A DNA stretch of 64,000 bases, from contig MU061538.1 in assembly GCA_013265495.1 (NCBI GenBank), positions 2,634,865 to 2,698,864 of the forward strand, in the 5' to 3' direction. The stretch comes from Vicugna vicugna (taxonomy: Eukaryota). This document shows, piece by piece, positions 1-12,405 of the stretch; position 1 is the first letter of the stretch; each line of letters opens with the position of its first letter. The position numbers and the translations under genes were made by a program. The notes beneath the pieces were generated by a model, which searched no databases, was not told where the DNA came from, and worked only from the letters and a program-made list of their open reading frames with translations.

Positions 1-1692
1 TAAATTTCTTGCACAGGGATGCTGATTTAGGCCAAGTCTGAAACCAGGGGCGCCCCAATATAAACATTTCACTATATTATTTTAGCATCTCATGGAGTCT
101 TTGCCGGGCCTCCGCTGACCTACTCTGAACCCTATACCTTTGAAACCAAGTTTATGCACGCCTTTGAAACTCCTTCTCAGGAGGAAGGAGAAGGCCGTGA
201 CTTCCTCCATGTGCTCTGTTATGATGGCCGTCCGTCACTCCCTGATTTGTCTCCAGAACAAGGACTCTGTGCTCCTTAAGACGGTAATCATTTATACTCC
301 CAAGATCAGGCCCAGAGCACAAGAGCAGCGCTTGCCTCCTCCCTCTGCGGTGGGTAAACACAACAGGAGGCAAATGCGAAGGCCCCTCAAAACAAAAGGT
401 AAGATTCCTTCCTCAAACAACAGAGGCCTGGGCCCTATCTGCGCCGTGGGCTTCCGCGTGCCCCACTGCTGTTCACGCTGCCTCGCTCTCATTCCTACCC
501 AACTCCCTTGACAAAATACATCCCCTCCAAGATCCAGCTACCTCTCTTATTTTTAAATTAGCTAATCTAAAGATCAGAAACAAACACTGAAGCCACGGCA
601 GAGGGCGGAGGGGAAGCTGTTGCCCTGGCAGGAGACTGAACGCGGAGAGTCATGGGTGATTTTTGAGTCTGTGACGCATGACAAGCACTTCAGAGGATCT
701 GATGGCAAGAAAACATGATGACACGGCGTCACTCAACAAAACAGTAGGGGAAAGAGCACAAACTGGGAGGTCAGGAGGCAGGCTTCCAGCCACCGCTGCC
801 ACTACTCAGCCCTGTGCCCTAAGGAAAGTCACCTGCCCTCGCTGGGCCCCACTCATTATAAAAACCAGGGTGGGAACCAGACCTCTACCTTCCACTGTAA
901 GGTTCTCTGACCTGGGGGCTAAGTCTCAGGTGCATCCCACTGAGGCTAAGACTAAATGCAAACAATATCCGTGGAGATCACAGGAGAGGTTCAAGGACCA
1001 GATGACGCAGGAGGGATGCAGTGAAGCCTGCAGAGGATGGGAGTGTGGTCATGCACATCTTTCCTCCCACGACTGCACTCCAACATCATTTCTGACCCAA
1101 CGAAAGGAAACAGATGACGTTCCGAACCAAAAAAAAAAAAATACTGTGAACATACTGCCTTTTGCCTCCGGTTCTATTTTGCTTTGTTGTTTACAAAAAT
1201 GCCCCCAACAAGAAAACAAAGGTTCATCCAGATCCAACTTCACGAGGAAAATTAACGGATCAGCTCAGTGCCCTGGGCTGTTTCCTTCATTCCACAGCAT
1301 TCTAGAAGAATCCGTTTAGTTCCTTTTGGCCCCTGGTCCAGCTGGGAATGAAAGCAAGAGAAGCACCGAAGGGAACGAGGAACGTGGACACGGGAGGAAG
1401 GCTCGGCTGTGTCTCTCGCTGTTCCGTTGCTTAGCAACGTCTCACATCTCCGTCTGGGAGATAATGGCTCAGGGAGGTGACACAGACGACCCGTCTCTCA
1501 CGAAGGAGCAGCCTGATTTTCCCAGACACACACTTTCTTGTAACAGTGAGAGGATGAGGATGACAGCGAGAGCTCTGGGGAGGCGCTCCCAGAGCCAGAG
1601 AGAGGATGTGACAGGCAAACTTACGAAACCCAAACTCTCAAGGTAGCAGGGAATGGAAAGCGGCTTCTCAGTGCACAGGACTCGGGACTCAC
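1..1692 (-). other. DPP6: 5' part of DPP6 intron 3
   Basis: Begins with GTGAGT directly after exon 3. Confidence 0.9.
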
Positions 1693-1791
1693 CACTTATC
1701 CACTTCGCCTCGGGGTCATGAATTTTGAAATCTTCACTGAAGAGATCTTCCACGGTGACCTTCTTCTTTTGAGACAAACTGTTATCTTCCG
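1693..1791 (-). CDS. DPP6: DPP6 exon 3: (A)[32 protein letters not shown], start of the extracellular domain
   Basis: Translation matches DPP6. Acceptor tgcctctttcttttccag|CG, donor AGTG|gtgagt. 99 nt, phase 1 to phase 1; G from the previous exon plus CG gives Ala, so the join is in frame. Confidence 0.97.
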
Positions 1792-3551
1792 CTGGAAAAG
1801 AAAGAGGCAAAGCATCAAAAATTTTATCTTTTGATAAGAAGGGAGGACCACTAAACACTGTGATTGCCTTTCAGAAACAGTATGAACGGTAAACATGACG
1901 TCTACAAATAAATGCTGGACAAAAGCCAGTCACGCTTTTCATTTGTTATTGAACTAACAGAAACTACCGTATGGGGAGTCACGATTTGGTGAAATGGCAT
2001 CATTACGCCCCTTCCATCTGCAAAACATAAACAATTGTATTTCTTAGGTATAAACATAAATGACAGTTTCGAGAGTGACTTGTGAGCAATAAGGTGGAAT
2101 AGTCCAGAAAGGAAGGAACACATGCTCAGAATGGATCTCAGCTATATAACGTTATCAGTCATTCATTAAATATTTATTGTGCCAAACGCAGACACCGTGT
2201 TGGGTGCTAGAAATTCAAAGGCAACTAATGCATTCTTTACGTATTTATTCTCCAGGTGCCTCTCTTGCCCCTGGCTGCCTTCGGGTTGGGGATTAGCTCT
2301 TGCAGATACTCATGCCCCCAGTCTGTGTGCTCACTTCTGCCCTGCTCACCTCACCACGCTTCACAGTAAGCACCTGGGATAGGACTTGAAGGCACTAAAC
2401 TAACATCCATCCCAAGAGGAGATGTTTAGTTAATGGCACCAGCGGGGAGACTTCAGGAATCTGGCAGCTTTTATCCTCTTTCTTGAGGATGAAGCTTCTG
2501 GGGTTTTAGATCTGCATCCACAGAGGCTCCTTCCGTTAGAGGCACAAAAATCCATTCATCTACTTTGAAAAGACAAAGGGCTGTCCTGGCCTCTGACCTG
2601 TGAGCCGAAGCAGATGAAACACCCAGGGCAGAACATCAAACCACCCTCACCTCTGTTGTACCAATAGGAAACTCTGTCTGAGCCATTTCTGCAGTGCATC
2701 CTTATCTAGAATGCTTGTTCGCCACCCCATCCTCTTAAATGGAAGATGCCAACTCGTTGCTGCACTTTTCCCGAAAATCCCAGTCCTCTTTTCGTCTGGT
2801 TTGTGCTGTGCTGCTGTGGGGAGCATCCTCAGCGCTAATTAAGGTGCATATGTCTGTGTGCGTCATATGTCGGTGGCTTCAGATCCGTGTGTCCTTACTT
2901 TTTACGTTTGTTTCTCTTTTCAGTTTCTGACTGTTGATCAGCCTGTACTTCTTGGGCTGTCATGGTGTTTGCCCTCAACAATACTCTTTGCCTCTTTTAA
3001 TTTCCTGTTTCAAAATCTGTGGCAGGTTCGGAAGACAAGAAGAATTTCTGTTATACTACTTAATGAAATAAGAACAAATAATCTCTGAATGAAACCCCCA
3101 TGGTTTCTTGTAGGACTCCGGTGTGTAGCTTTTGCCACATCTCCTGTGGATTCCTTCTTTTGGCCTCTCTGGACATTACAGATTCCTGAAGTTCTCAAAA
3201 ACTTAGTGCACTGATTGATTTCCTGAATATCAAATAAGATTAAAGTGTGTAAAAGTCTGCTGAAATGTACAGAATGAGGCTCAATGTGGCCTTGCTTTTA
3301 GACCTGAGTGTACGTGGAGCTCTCCCAGGTGCTGATCAAAACATGTTAAAACCAAGCTAAGTTCTTCCCTCTGGGATCTTTCTGTGTGCAATTGTAGTAG
3401 GCCCCGCAAGACCCACAGCTTCAAACACAGTGCATTTCAGTATGGAAAGCAGACAAGAAATGAAAACCTTAAAGATTTCTAGACATTGGTCTAATAAAGT
3501 TACATCATGATCTAGTAATTAAGAAGTATGTATACTCGCAACTAGTTGAGA

Positions 3552-3812
3552 AATAAGTTCTGGAGACCTAATGCACAGTACAGTGATTACAGACAGCAAT
3601 ACTATATTATAAACATCAAACCTGCTAAGAGACAGATCTTAATTATTCCTGCCAAAAAAAGATAATTAAGTAACCTTATAGCAGTGTTAGCTAACCCTAC
3701 AAAGGCAACCATATTGCAATATATAAATGTATCAAATCAACATGTTGTACATCTTAAACTTACACAATGTTATATATAAAATATATTTCAATTAAAAATA
3801 TAATAAATAAAA
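3552..3812 (+). mobile_element. L1 3' end (L1MA-like), 5'-truncated
   Basis: aataagttctggagacctaatgcacag...atcaaatcaacatgttgtacatcttaaacttacacaatgttatat followed by an A-rich tail; resembles an L1MA9-type 3' UTR. Confidence 0.8.
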
Positions 3813-6800
3813 TAATGCAAAAACAAAGAATAAAAATTTCAGAGACACTCAAGTACATGGCCAGAAAATAATCATATTAAAACTTAAATTTTATCTAAGA
3901 AAACCTCACTCATCAGGGATGATTGTAGACCCACATTTTGGTACCCATGTATCTAATAAAAAAGAGTGAAAGACTGCTATTTAAACAAACTTTGGGTAAA
4001 ATATGAAAAGCCAATTTATTCACTTTCTGGGAATTTTTTCTTTTCACAAATGACTGTTCTTTTCAACCAAAAGTCAGCTTCATTTTTAAATAAATCATTA
4101 CTTCCTTTGTTTTTGAAACATTTTTTGAAAATGTGTATGACTTCAATAGGGATGGCTTGTGGGGGAGGCGTCATGACCTGCACTATAAGCGGTGCTCTCT
4201 GTTCGAGCCAGGACATTTGATTCTGTCAATAATCAGCTCTGCCTCCTTAAGGCACGCTCTGCTGGCCTCTCTGAAGCTCGAGGGCTCACTCACATGGTCA
4301 AGTGCTCTCTAACTAACTTACTGACTTACAGTTTGATGCGTTCCAGAAATCCTTGGAGATGGTGACAAGCACGAGTGACTCGCACATTCAGGAGCCGTGC
4401 TGAGCCCTGAAGAACCACAACTGAAAGACCTTCCAACTGACCCAAAGGAGCTCACACAGCAATGGAGCCAAAGCCGAAAGGACAACCACATGGCCACGGT
4501 GACAGGACTGAGGGCAGCGTGCTAATACTTAAGGAGGCTGCAGAATAAAAAAAAAAGGAACAGGAATTCCAGAAAGAATTCCTTGAGGAAAGAACCTGCT
4601 AGCCAAGACAGAAGAAATAAAAGAAGAACACCCAGGCTAAGAGGACTGCAAGGGCATGAAGGCAGAATCTGCAGGGACCTGTGAGTGCGTTGGCGCTGGC
4701 GCAGTGGGAAGTGTGAGCTGAAAGTGTCTAGAGATGAAGGTGGGTTCTCTCATTATATCTGCAGCTCGGAAATTCTAGCAGAAAATGTCCACTTGTGGAT
4801 TTTCCTTAAACATCCTGCTTACCAGTCAGTGATATTTCCAGTCAGAGAATTACCTTTCTCTGAATCAGGAATCTTAGCAGTAACTGTCTCATTCAACACT
4901 GCTTCTCTGTTGTTCTGTGCCCTCCTTCCAGATCGCCAGCTGGACCCGCACGGGAGCCTCTGGGTCCAACCCCCACAATTAGCTTTCTCTCTCATGTCTC
5001 CCACGTTTTTATGTCCTCAGAAGCATTGGCATCACTTCTGCAGCTCAATCTTTCACCTTCTCCATTTCTCCTTTAGCGTGTCTAGACAGCTCTTTCATTC
5101 TGCCACTGAGTTTTACAATTTTAAATAATTATGTTTTAATTTCTCATACTTCCAACTAGCTCCTTTTCAAGCTCATCTCTTCTTACAGTTCAAGCTCCTT
5201 TATTACATTGATAATTAAAAAAAATTTAAAAAACCTAGTGTCATTTTCTGCTTTCTCCAATTGATTTCTGTTTCTTTGGAGTTAAGTTCTTATATGTGTT
5301 AAGCTGGTATCCTGCTCTGAGGGGATGGTTTCTGTGGGTCCTTGTGACTCTCGTTGTAAGCTTTGCTCCTGAAGGGTCCTGGGTCATGAGAGACAAGAGC
5401 TCTGGGTCCTAAGTGACTCCTGGGGGTCTGGGCACAAGACTGTCCAGGGCAGCTTGAAGGTCCATCTGGGTAATAGCTCTCACCAGGCCTTATGTGGCCA
5501 TTCGGGCTGGAGTTCTTTGCCCTTCATGGGTGGTATCACTCAAGAACCTCTGAACAAGAACCCTGTTTAAAGGCAGGGGTCACCCGTCCAGCCTCTGCTC
5601 TCTCATGAACGGCAAGATCCCAGCCCCTCCTGCTGGGTCTGACTTCGCTCTCGGTCCCTTGAGGGTGGCAGGGACTTGGCCTCACCTGCTGCGGTAGATT
5701 TTTACCTGGTCCTTCTTTCAAGGACATCATTCCATGGCAGGTCAAAGAAGAGCTCCCGTCCTTGCTTTTGGATGCAGCTGTGTTTTTATTATATATTTCC
5801 TCTCCTTTCTATGTGCTTGGAATCAAAAGGAAAACTGTCTGTGCTCAGTCTATCACCTTAAACTGAAAGTCAACATCCAGATGGAGACAGAAGAAGTGGC
5901 CAGTGGCTCTTAGAGTTTGGACTTTATCCTGAAGGTCATTCGGGGATGAGGAGTGAAAAGTAAGGTTTCCTTCAGCCCTTTAGCTGGGTAACCACAGGGC
6001 GCTTGTAATGAACTTGGCATCCTGGTTAAGTTCATGAGATGCAAAGGTGTGCTGCAACCTGCAGTGATGTCGTTATGCTTCGTATGGGTCACGGTAGAAT
6101 GCAAGCGGCTAAGACTCCGCTCCTCTCCTGATGCTTGTGAAATAGTCGTGCTGCTAAATAGCACAACTCCTGGAGAACACGCTGGAACCTCTTCTCCAGA
6201 GGTTTTTAAAATCAGAAATAACTCCCACGCCCCCACAATGGGTTCTCCTGAAGCATCACCTTCTGAGGGGTTTGGTCACTGCCAGAGAGGGTTGGCTACC
6301 GACAACCCCAATCTGGTAACAGAGAACACCTTCCAGATTAGTCAGAAGTCCCACGTAAGTCCTGCTTTGCTAGACACTGGAATGAAGACAACTCTAAAAA
6401 GCTTTGCGGTCTTCGGAAGACTCTGACAGTAATCACCTCTTGATCCTACAGGAAGGACAAGGAAGGAAAGCCATTTTATGGAAGCTAAACCTGAGCTCCC
6501 AAGAGGGTAAGTGGCTTCTCCAGAGACGGGCAGGAAGGTCACAGCTAACACCAACCTCACTTGCAGGAGAACCGAAATACTGGCGTTAGCCGCGGAACCC
6601 GGCGTGTTCACAGCCTCTTCCACAGCCTTTGTGCTAACAAAGTCACAAAACGCAGGTAATGCTAATGTTGATCCTGGGGAAACACTATGCTCTCCAGGTA
6701 AAGAAAGTTTTCCGTAAAAGAGAAAAGGTTAAAAAACACCTTTTAACGCACACATTTCCTTGATTAGAAAAAACGTAGCCTCCAAGCCAGACCAGCGGGG

Positions 6801-7319
6801 GGCGCATGCTGCAGGGACCGGCGCATGGCAGGGGTGCCCCCCGCGGGGCCACGTGGCCCACACGAGTACCAGGTGCCTTCAAGACGCAGTCACACAAAAT
6901 CTGATGAAGACCGTGGGTGGTGAGTCAGATGCGGCTTCACAGAGAGCCGGTCCCCAACCTGAGGCTCCGAGTCGAGTAAAAGGACTCTTCTCTCTAGTAA
7001 GTCACGGGGCACATGCGCATGGTATTTCTAGAGAAAGGGATAATATTTGCTTGTTTCCCTACCAGCATTCAGAAGAACACATGGAAATCAATTTTTCATT
7101 TCTCAGCGTCGGCACCGTTAATTCACAAGTTCCAATGACACAGCATTTGCTTAAAAGCAGATCGCTGCGTCCTGTTCCACTCGTGACTTTCATAAGGCAG
7201 AGGGCTAAAAGGAAGGTGCTCAGTGAACACACCGGAAGCACTTCCCTTTACTCTGCCAGCACGTCAGAGGCTGGGTCCAATGCTTCCAGTTACCTTTATT
7301 GTCTTCTTCACATCTTACT

Positions 7320-7466
7320 TTTTAATACTTTACTTATTTAACTATTTTATTTTGGTGGGGAGCAGAGGTAATTAGGTTTATTTATTTTTAGAGGAGATAT
7401 TAGGGATTGAACCCAGGACGTCATGCATGCCAAGCCTGTGCTCTACCCCTGAGCTCTACCTCTGCC
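7320..7466 (-). mobile_element. tRNA-derived camelid SINE (vic-1-like)
   Basis: Reverse complement GGCAGAGGTAGAGCTCAGGGGTAGAGCAC...GTCCTGGGTTCAATCCC (A/B boxes), then AATAAACCTAATTACCTC and an A-rich tail. Confidence 0.88.
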
Positions 7467-7473
7467 TAGATTC

Positions 7474-7550
7474 CTTTTTTCCTTTCCTCCTCCCTCCCTC
7501 CCTCTCTTTCTCCCTTCCTTCTCCGTCCTTTCTCCCTCCCTCCCTCCCTC
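7474..7550. repeat. Polypyrimidine (CCCT/CTTT) low-complexity tract
   Basis: Directly visible. Confidence 0.85.
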
Positions 7551-8304
7551 TATAGTCAGGGCTGCAGGCCACACAGGATCTGCTTCTTTCTGACTCGTCC
7601 AAACAAAACTGGTCACGCTTCCCTTCCTGCTACCAGAAGTCAGCACAGAATTGATGATTTGTTTCAAGTCTGTTTTCCACATTAGCTTTTCCCTTTTTCT
7701 TTTTAAGATGGGAATTGTGACTTCAGCTCTGGAAGGAGGCTGCCACACATTCACGTTCAACCTATTTCTGTTGAACGAGCATTTAAAAAATCTACATCTT
7801 TGCTTTAACTTCTTGCTCATTTTTTTGTAATAAAATCTTTTCATTATTGAAATGTATTATTTATGATTATAACCCAAATTTAAGCCTACAAAGAGTCCCA
7901 CGGATATTGATTCATCTTAAAGGCTCTTTCTTACAAGTTCACTTGCCTTCAATACCACCTGAGGAGACTAGCAGCGAAATATCAAAGCTCGTCACGTTGT
8001 ACACTTCACTCTAACGCGGGAGACTAAGTTATCAGCATCATTCAACACACCCCGTAAATTAAGACGTTCGAGAAACTGTGCTTTTTTAAAAAAATTTCTC
8101 AGTAAAAAGTATCAAAGGTATCCATCTCTTCTTTATGCCCCTATCCTATTTTTTTAGATCTAGGAAATAAATTGGAAACCTTAAAAGCTACTTATCCGCC
8201 TGTTTCCTTTAGTGAGCGATAACCATTGGGCACCTGTGACCTCACATAATAATATGCACGCAGGTCGATATGTTTATCTTCCTAATTTTCTCCTTCTTTT
8301 GGAC

Positions 8305-8757
8305 ATTTTTATTCAAATAAAATGCACCTACCATAAAACTCACCCATGGAAAGCACACGGCTCAATGGTTATAACATGTCAGCAGAGCTGTGCAGTTATC
8401 GCCATGATCCAAGTTTAGAACGTTTTCATTATCCCCTCCCAAAACTCCACAACCATAGTGGTCACTCCCATTCCCACCCGTCTCTTCCCAGTCCTAAGCA
8501 ATGAAAAATGCATTTTCTGTCTGTACTCATTTGATTAGCTGGGTATTTCATAGAGAATCATACAATATCTTGGTTTTTGTGGCTGGCATATTTCACTCCG
8601 CAAAACGTTTTCAAGGTCCGTTCAGTGACAGTATGTAATACTGCGTGTCAGTACTTCATCGCTTTTTATGGATGAATGAGATCCCAGAGCTAATGGTGTT
8701 GAGTGTCTTTTCAGATGCTTGTTGGCTATTTCTCTATCTTCTCTGGAGAAATGTCTC
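8305..8757 (-). mobile_element. Old L1 3' end (L1MB/MC-like), antisense
   Basis: aaataaaatgcacctaccataaaactcacccat...agaacgttttcattatcccc...cttctctggagaaatgtct, typical antisense L1M 3' sequence. Confidence 0.75.
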
Positions 8758-8769
8758 CCCTCACCCAGC

Positions 8770-9638
8770 CTGCTACAATTCAGAAATCCACTCTCAGGAG
8801 AGAAAAAGTCGGAGATGCAACTCAACAAACTTGCCAAAGCGTCTGAAAGATGCAAAGCGTAGAGGATGCAGTCGCACAAAAGGCTCCTGGAAGACCCAAG
8901 TGTGTAACCTCGATCTCCTCCGCCGTCTCGACAGAAGCCGAGCACAGAGATGGGAGCTTCTAGGCGCATCCTGTGGAGAAGCCTCTTGTCTCATGGAATG
9001 GGTCCCCATGACACACACAGGAGACCCACAGGGTCTTAAGACTTCTACATCTGCAGGAGCACTGCCAGCTTGGGCCAAAAAGGACAAAGAGAAGATGAAA
9101 TAAGAGGAGGCTGTCGGATTTCCAAAATCCCAGACAGGAAACATGCTGATAAGACCACTCATCCGCAAGCTCGTGCGTCTCTTCATGAACAAGCAGGTGG
9201 CCCCAGAGGGCAGAGAGGAAAGCCACGGGGAACTGCTCCCAGGCTTCACCCTTAAGGAGTTTGCCCAGTTGGCTTTAGAAGTTGTTTGCAATTGGCGATT
9301 CCTTTTTTCCTTCAATTTTTTCCTCCTTTGAACAGAAACGTCTGCATGGGTTCTCCTATGCCTGTCTCACCACTGCATTCTGGAGGGACACTTGTCTCTT
9401 CAGCATCGCAGGCCCAGTTCACCCAGGATGAACTGTGCCCCAGGATGGGGCACGCCCAGAGTCTTATCCCTAACTCACTCAGATGGTTTAGATGATGTAC
9501 CTGAGACGTCTGAGCTGATGAGGTTTTGTACTTTGAACTGATGCTGTGATAGCCTGAGACTTCTGGGGGCCTTCGGGTGGGGCGGATGTCCTTCTTATGC
9601 GGGATGGGTGTAAATCTCTGGGGGCCAGAGGTCAGACT
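8770..9638 (+). mobile_element. ERVL-MaLR internal region (MLT1-int), 3' part
   Basis: Matches recalled MLT1-int 3' sequence (gagccacggggaactgctcccagg...cctatgcctgtctcaccactgcatt...tttagatgat...ggggccagaggtcagactg), ending in a polypurine tract before the LTR. Confidence 0.75.
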
Positions 9639-10003
9639 GCGCAGGCACAGTAACGCCCACCAAAGATGTTCGCAGGTCCTGTCTCCTCCCTCCTCAATTC
9701 AGACGTTGAAGACTTAAGTCCCCAACATGAAAATATTTGGAGACAGAACCTTACAGAGGACAGTTAAATCAGGCCCCAGAAGTGGACTGGATTAGGGCTC
9801 TTGTAGAAAGAGAGGAATAGAGAAAAAGTAACAGGAGACGTGGTGCGAAGGTGCCGCCTGCAAGCCAGGAAGAGAGGTCCCACTAGGCACCAAGCCTGCT
9901 GGCACTTGATCTTGCGCTTGAAGACTCGAGAGCTGTGACCAAACAAGCCGCTGCTGTGTCAGCCTGTGTGTGGTTTTGCTGGGCCAGCCCAAGCAGAAGA
10001 ACA
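9639..10003 (+). mobile_element. MLT1 (MaLR) LTR, MLT1A-like 3' half
   Basis: aaggtgccgcctgcaagccaggaagagagg...tgctggcacttgatcttg...gtggttttgctgggccagcccaagcagaagaaca. Confidence 0.78.
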
Positions 10004-10217
10004 CAACTGGTAGTTTCAAGTTTCCGATTTCCAAATGTCTGCCACTAGTCCTTACAAACACCGTGAATACTGGATCTAGACCTCGCATTCTGTGACCTTT
10101 CTAAGCCTACCGATGTGTTCATCTTGTCTGCAGTCAGGACAGCTCCCCTTTTTTCATTTTAAATAGAAACAATCCATCAGAGTTGATAAGAAAACTGGTT
10201 TAAGAAAGTCAAGGTCC

Positions 10218-10373
10218 GCACAGGGAACTGTATTCAATTTCTTGTAATAACATAATGGAAAAGAATCTGAAAAGAAAAAATACATATGTATCTGTATGCA
10301 TAACTGAATCATTGTGCTGTACCCCTGAAACCAACATTGCAAATCAACCACACTTCAGGAAGAATTAAAAATA
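10218..10373 (+). mobile_element. Short artiodactyl-type L1 3' end with a perfect 13-bp TSD
   Basis: L1 3' UTR (cacagggaactgtattcaa...ggaaaagaatctgaaaa...). TSD AAAGTCAAGGTCC at 10205-10217 and 10374-10386. Confidence 0.9.
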
Positions 10374-10992
10374 AAAGTCAAGGTCCAGATAACAATAAAC
10401 TAGTTGCGGCTACTGATGGATTTCAGGAAACGAATCTACTTGACCTGAGTGCCTCCAGACAAATTGCTCAGTGCCATAGGACTACAATTGCTCTCTCTCT
10501 GTGGCCGTGTCCACACTGTCAGACTTTGCAGGAGAAATATATGTCTAAGCAAAAAATTGTGAATGTTTTAAATGAATTTTCCACTTTAAAATCATCCTGT
10601 TTTTACTGAGTGGGGGAGTGTATTAAGTCAGTGGCTGCAGATGCTACCCAAAGCTGCAAGGAAGAGCTGCAGGTACCGTGTTGGGACTGAGGCCAGACAT
10701 GCCAGCTTCTCCCTCTTCTCCAGTGAGAAGCCAGGACACATCATTTAAGATCAGTGGAACAAGAAATGTATAATAAAGACATTTTCATATGAATTTATAA
10801 AAGATCTACAGAGGAATTAAAAATAATTCGACAGTTTCTATAACCCAGAATTAAGGAAGAGAAGTGAGAAGAAACGTAAATGAGCTAGATGTTGTACTTT
10901 GATGGGAGGTGGTCTGTAAATATTGACACATGAGCATAACATTAAGAATTACAGGAATAAATAACGGAAGAACTAAAATCAGAAATGGTCCA

Positions 10993-11749
10993 CCTCCATG
11001 CTGTTTTCCACGGTGGCTGCACAGGTTGGCAGCCCCACCAGCAGTGCACGGGTTCCCTTTTCTCCACATCCTTGCCAAGACTTGTTGTTTTGTTCTTTTT
11101 GATGCTGGCCGTTCTGACAGATGTGAGATGGTGTCCCACTGTGGTTTTGATCTGCATTTCCCTGATATTGGTGACGCTGAGCAACTTTTCATGCTCCTGT
11201 TGGCATCTGCATTTCCTCTTTTGAAAAATGTCTGTTCAGTTCTTCTGCCCGTATTTTAAATGGGTTGTTTGTTTGTTTGCTTTTAATTGAAGTACAGTTG
11301 ATATAAAATGTTGTGTTAGTTTCTGGGGTGCAGCATGGATGGACTCGGAGGGCATCATGCCGAGTGAAGTAAGGCAGACAGAGAAAGACAGATACTGTAA
11401 GATACCACTTACGTGTGGAATCTGAAAAATACAACGAACTAGCGAATATAGCAGAAAAGAAACCGGCTCACAGAGGCAGAGAAGGAACTCGTGGTACCAG
11501 CGGGGAGGGGGAGGGGCAAGGCGGGGGGGGAGTAAGAGGTGCAAAGTCTCAGGGTAAAATAAGCTGCACGGACGTGCTGCGCAGCAGGGGGAACGTGGCC
11601 AGTGCTTTATAGCAGCTATAAACGGAGTATAACCCTCAAAACTGTGAATCACTGTCTTACACACCTGTAACATGTAACATTGTACATCAACTGTACTTCA
11701 ATTTTAAAAACATGATATTGGAAAATAAATACATAAATAAAAGTTAAAA
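10993..11749. mobile_element. 5'-inverted L1 insertion (antisense ORF2 piece plus sense 3' end) with a 12-bp TSD
   Basis: TSD AGAAATGGTCCA at 10981-10992 and 11750-11761. Minus-strand ORF2 C-terminal peptide (REMQIKTT...CWWG..VQPPWKTAWR) at about 10993-11280; sense L1 3' end at about 11330-11749. Confidence 0.88.
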
Positions 11750-11974
11750 AGAAATGGTCCAAAGTAATGGTATGTAGGGACGGGTTGCAGAATGGATAAT
11801 ATGAGAAAAGTATTATTACTATTTAGATTTTGGTTGTTCATTTAATATCTTCACTATTTTTTCTCTTTTTACATATTACTCGGGCAGTAAATTATTACTA
11901 AAGTCACGTTCTGAGCGTAAGCACATAGTCACACCTGAATCTAGTGTCAAGTGAGCGTGTGTCTTCACGAAGCA

Positions 11975-12405
11975 CCAGTTTCCTGGGGGATGCTGTAACA
12001 AACTGACACAAATGTGGTCGCTTAAAGCAGAAATGTACTCTCTCATGGTTCTGGAAGCCAGAAGTCGAGGTCAGTTTCAATGGACCGAAGTCCAGGTGTC
12101 AGCCGGGCTCCTTGGCTGCCCCACGGGAGAATCTCTTCTTTGCCTCTTTCCTCTTCTGGTGCTCTGGGCGCTCCTTGGCTTGTGACTGCATTGCTCCCAT
12201 CTCTGCCTCCCTGCTCACGTTGCCTTCCCTCCTGTCTCTGCACATCGCCCTCTGCCTCCTTTGATAGAGGTGCATGTGATTTGCATTTAGGACCCACTGG
12301 ACAATGCAGGCAGCCCCTCCATCTCAAGATCCCACAGCTAGAATGACAGGTTCCAGGGACTGGGACACGCACATCTTTGGAGGAACCCCTTTTTTGCCTA
12401 CCACA
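11975..12405 (-). mobile_element. MLT1 (MaLR) solo LTR, MLT1C/E-like
   Basis: gctgtaacaaactgacacaaa...ggttctggaagccagaagtc...ctccatctcaagatcc...cacatctttggaggaaccc...gcctaccaca. Confidence 0.8.

Noticed and set aside
678..1319. 213-aa ORF, and similar long ORFs at 6760-7341, 44348-44971 and 61251-61802
   Set aside because: No recognisable homology, they cross repeats or poly-A/T runs, and no splice or start context supports them; expected by chance in GC-rich intron.
2740..3240. Possible coding relic or + strand exon after tttctcttttcag
   Set aside because: Frames close quickly and I could not recognise any homology.
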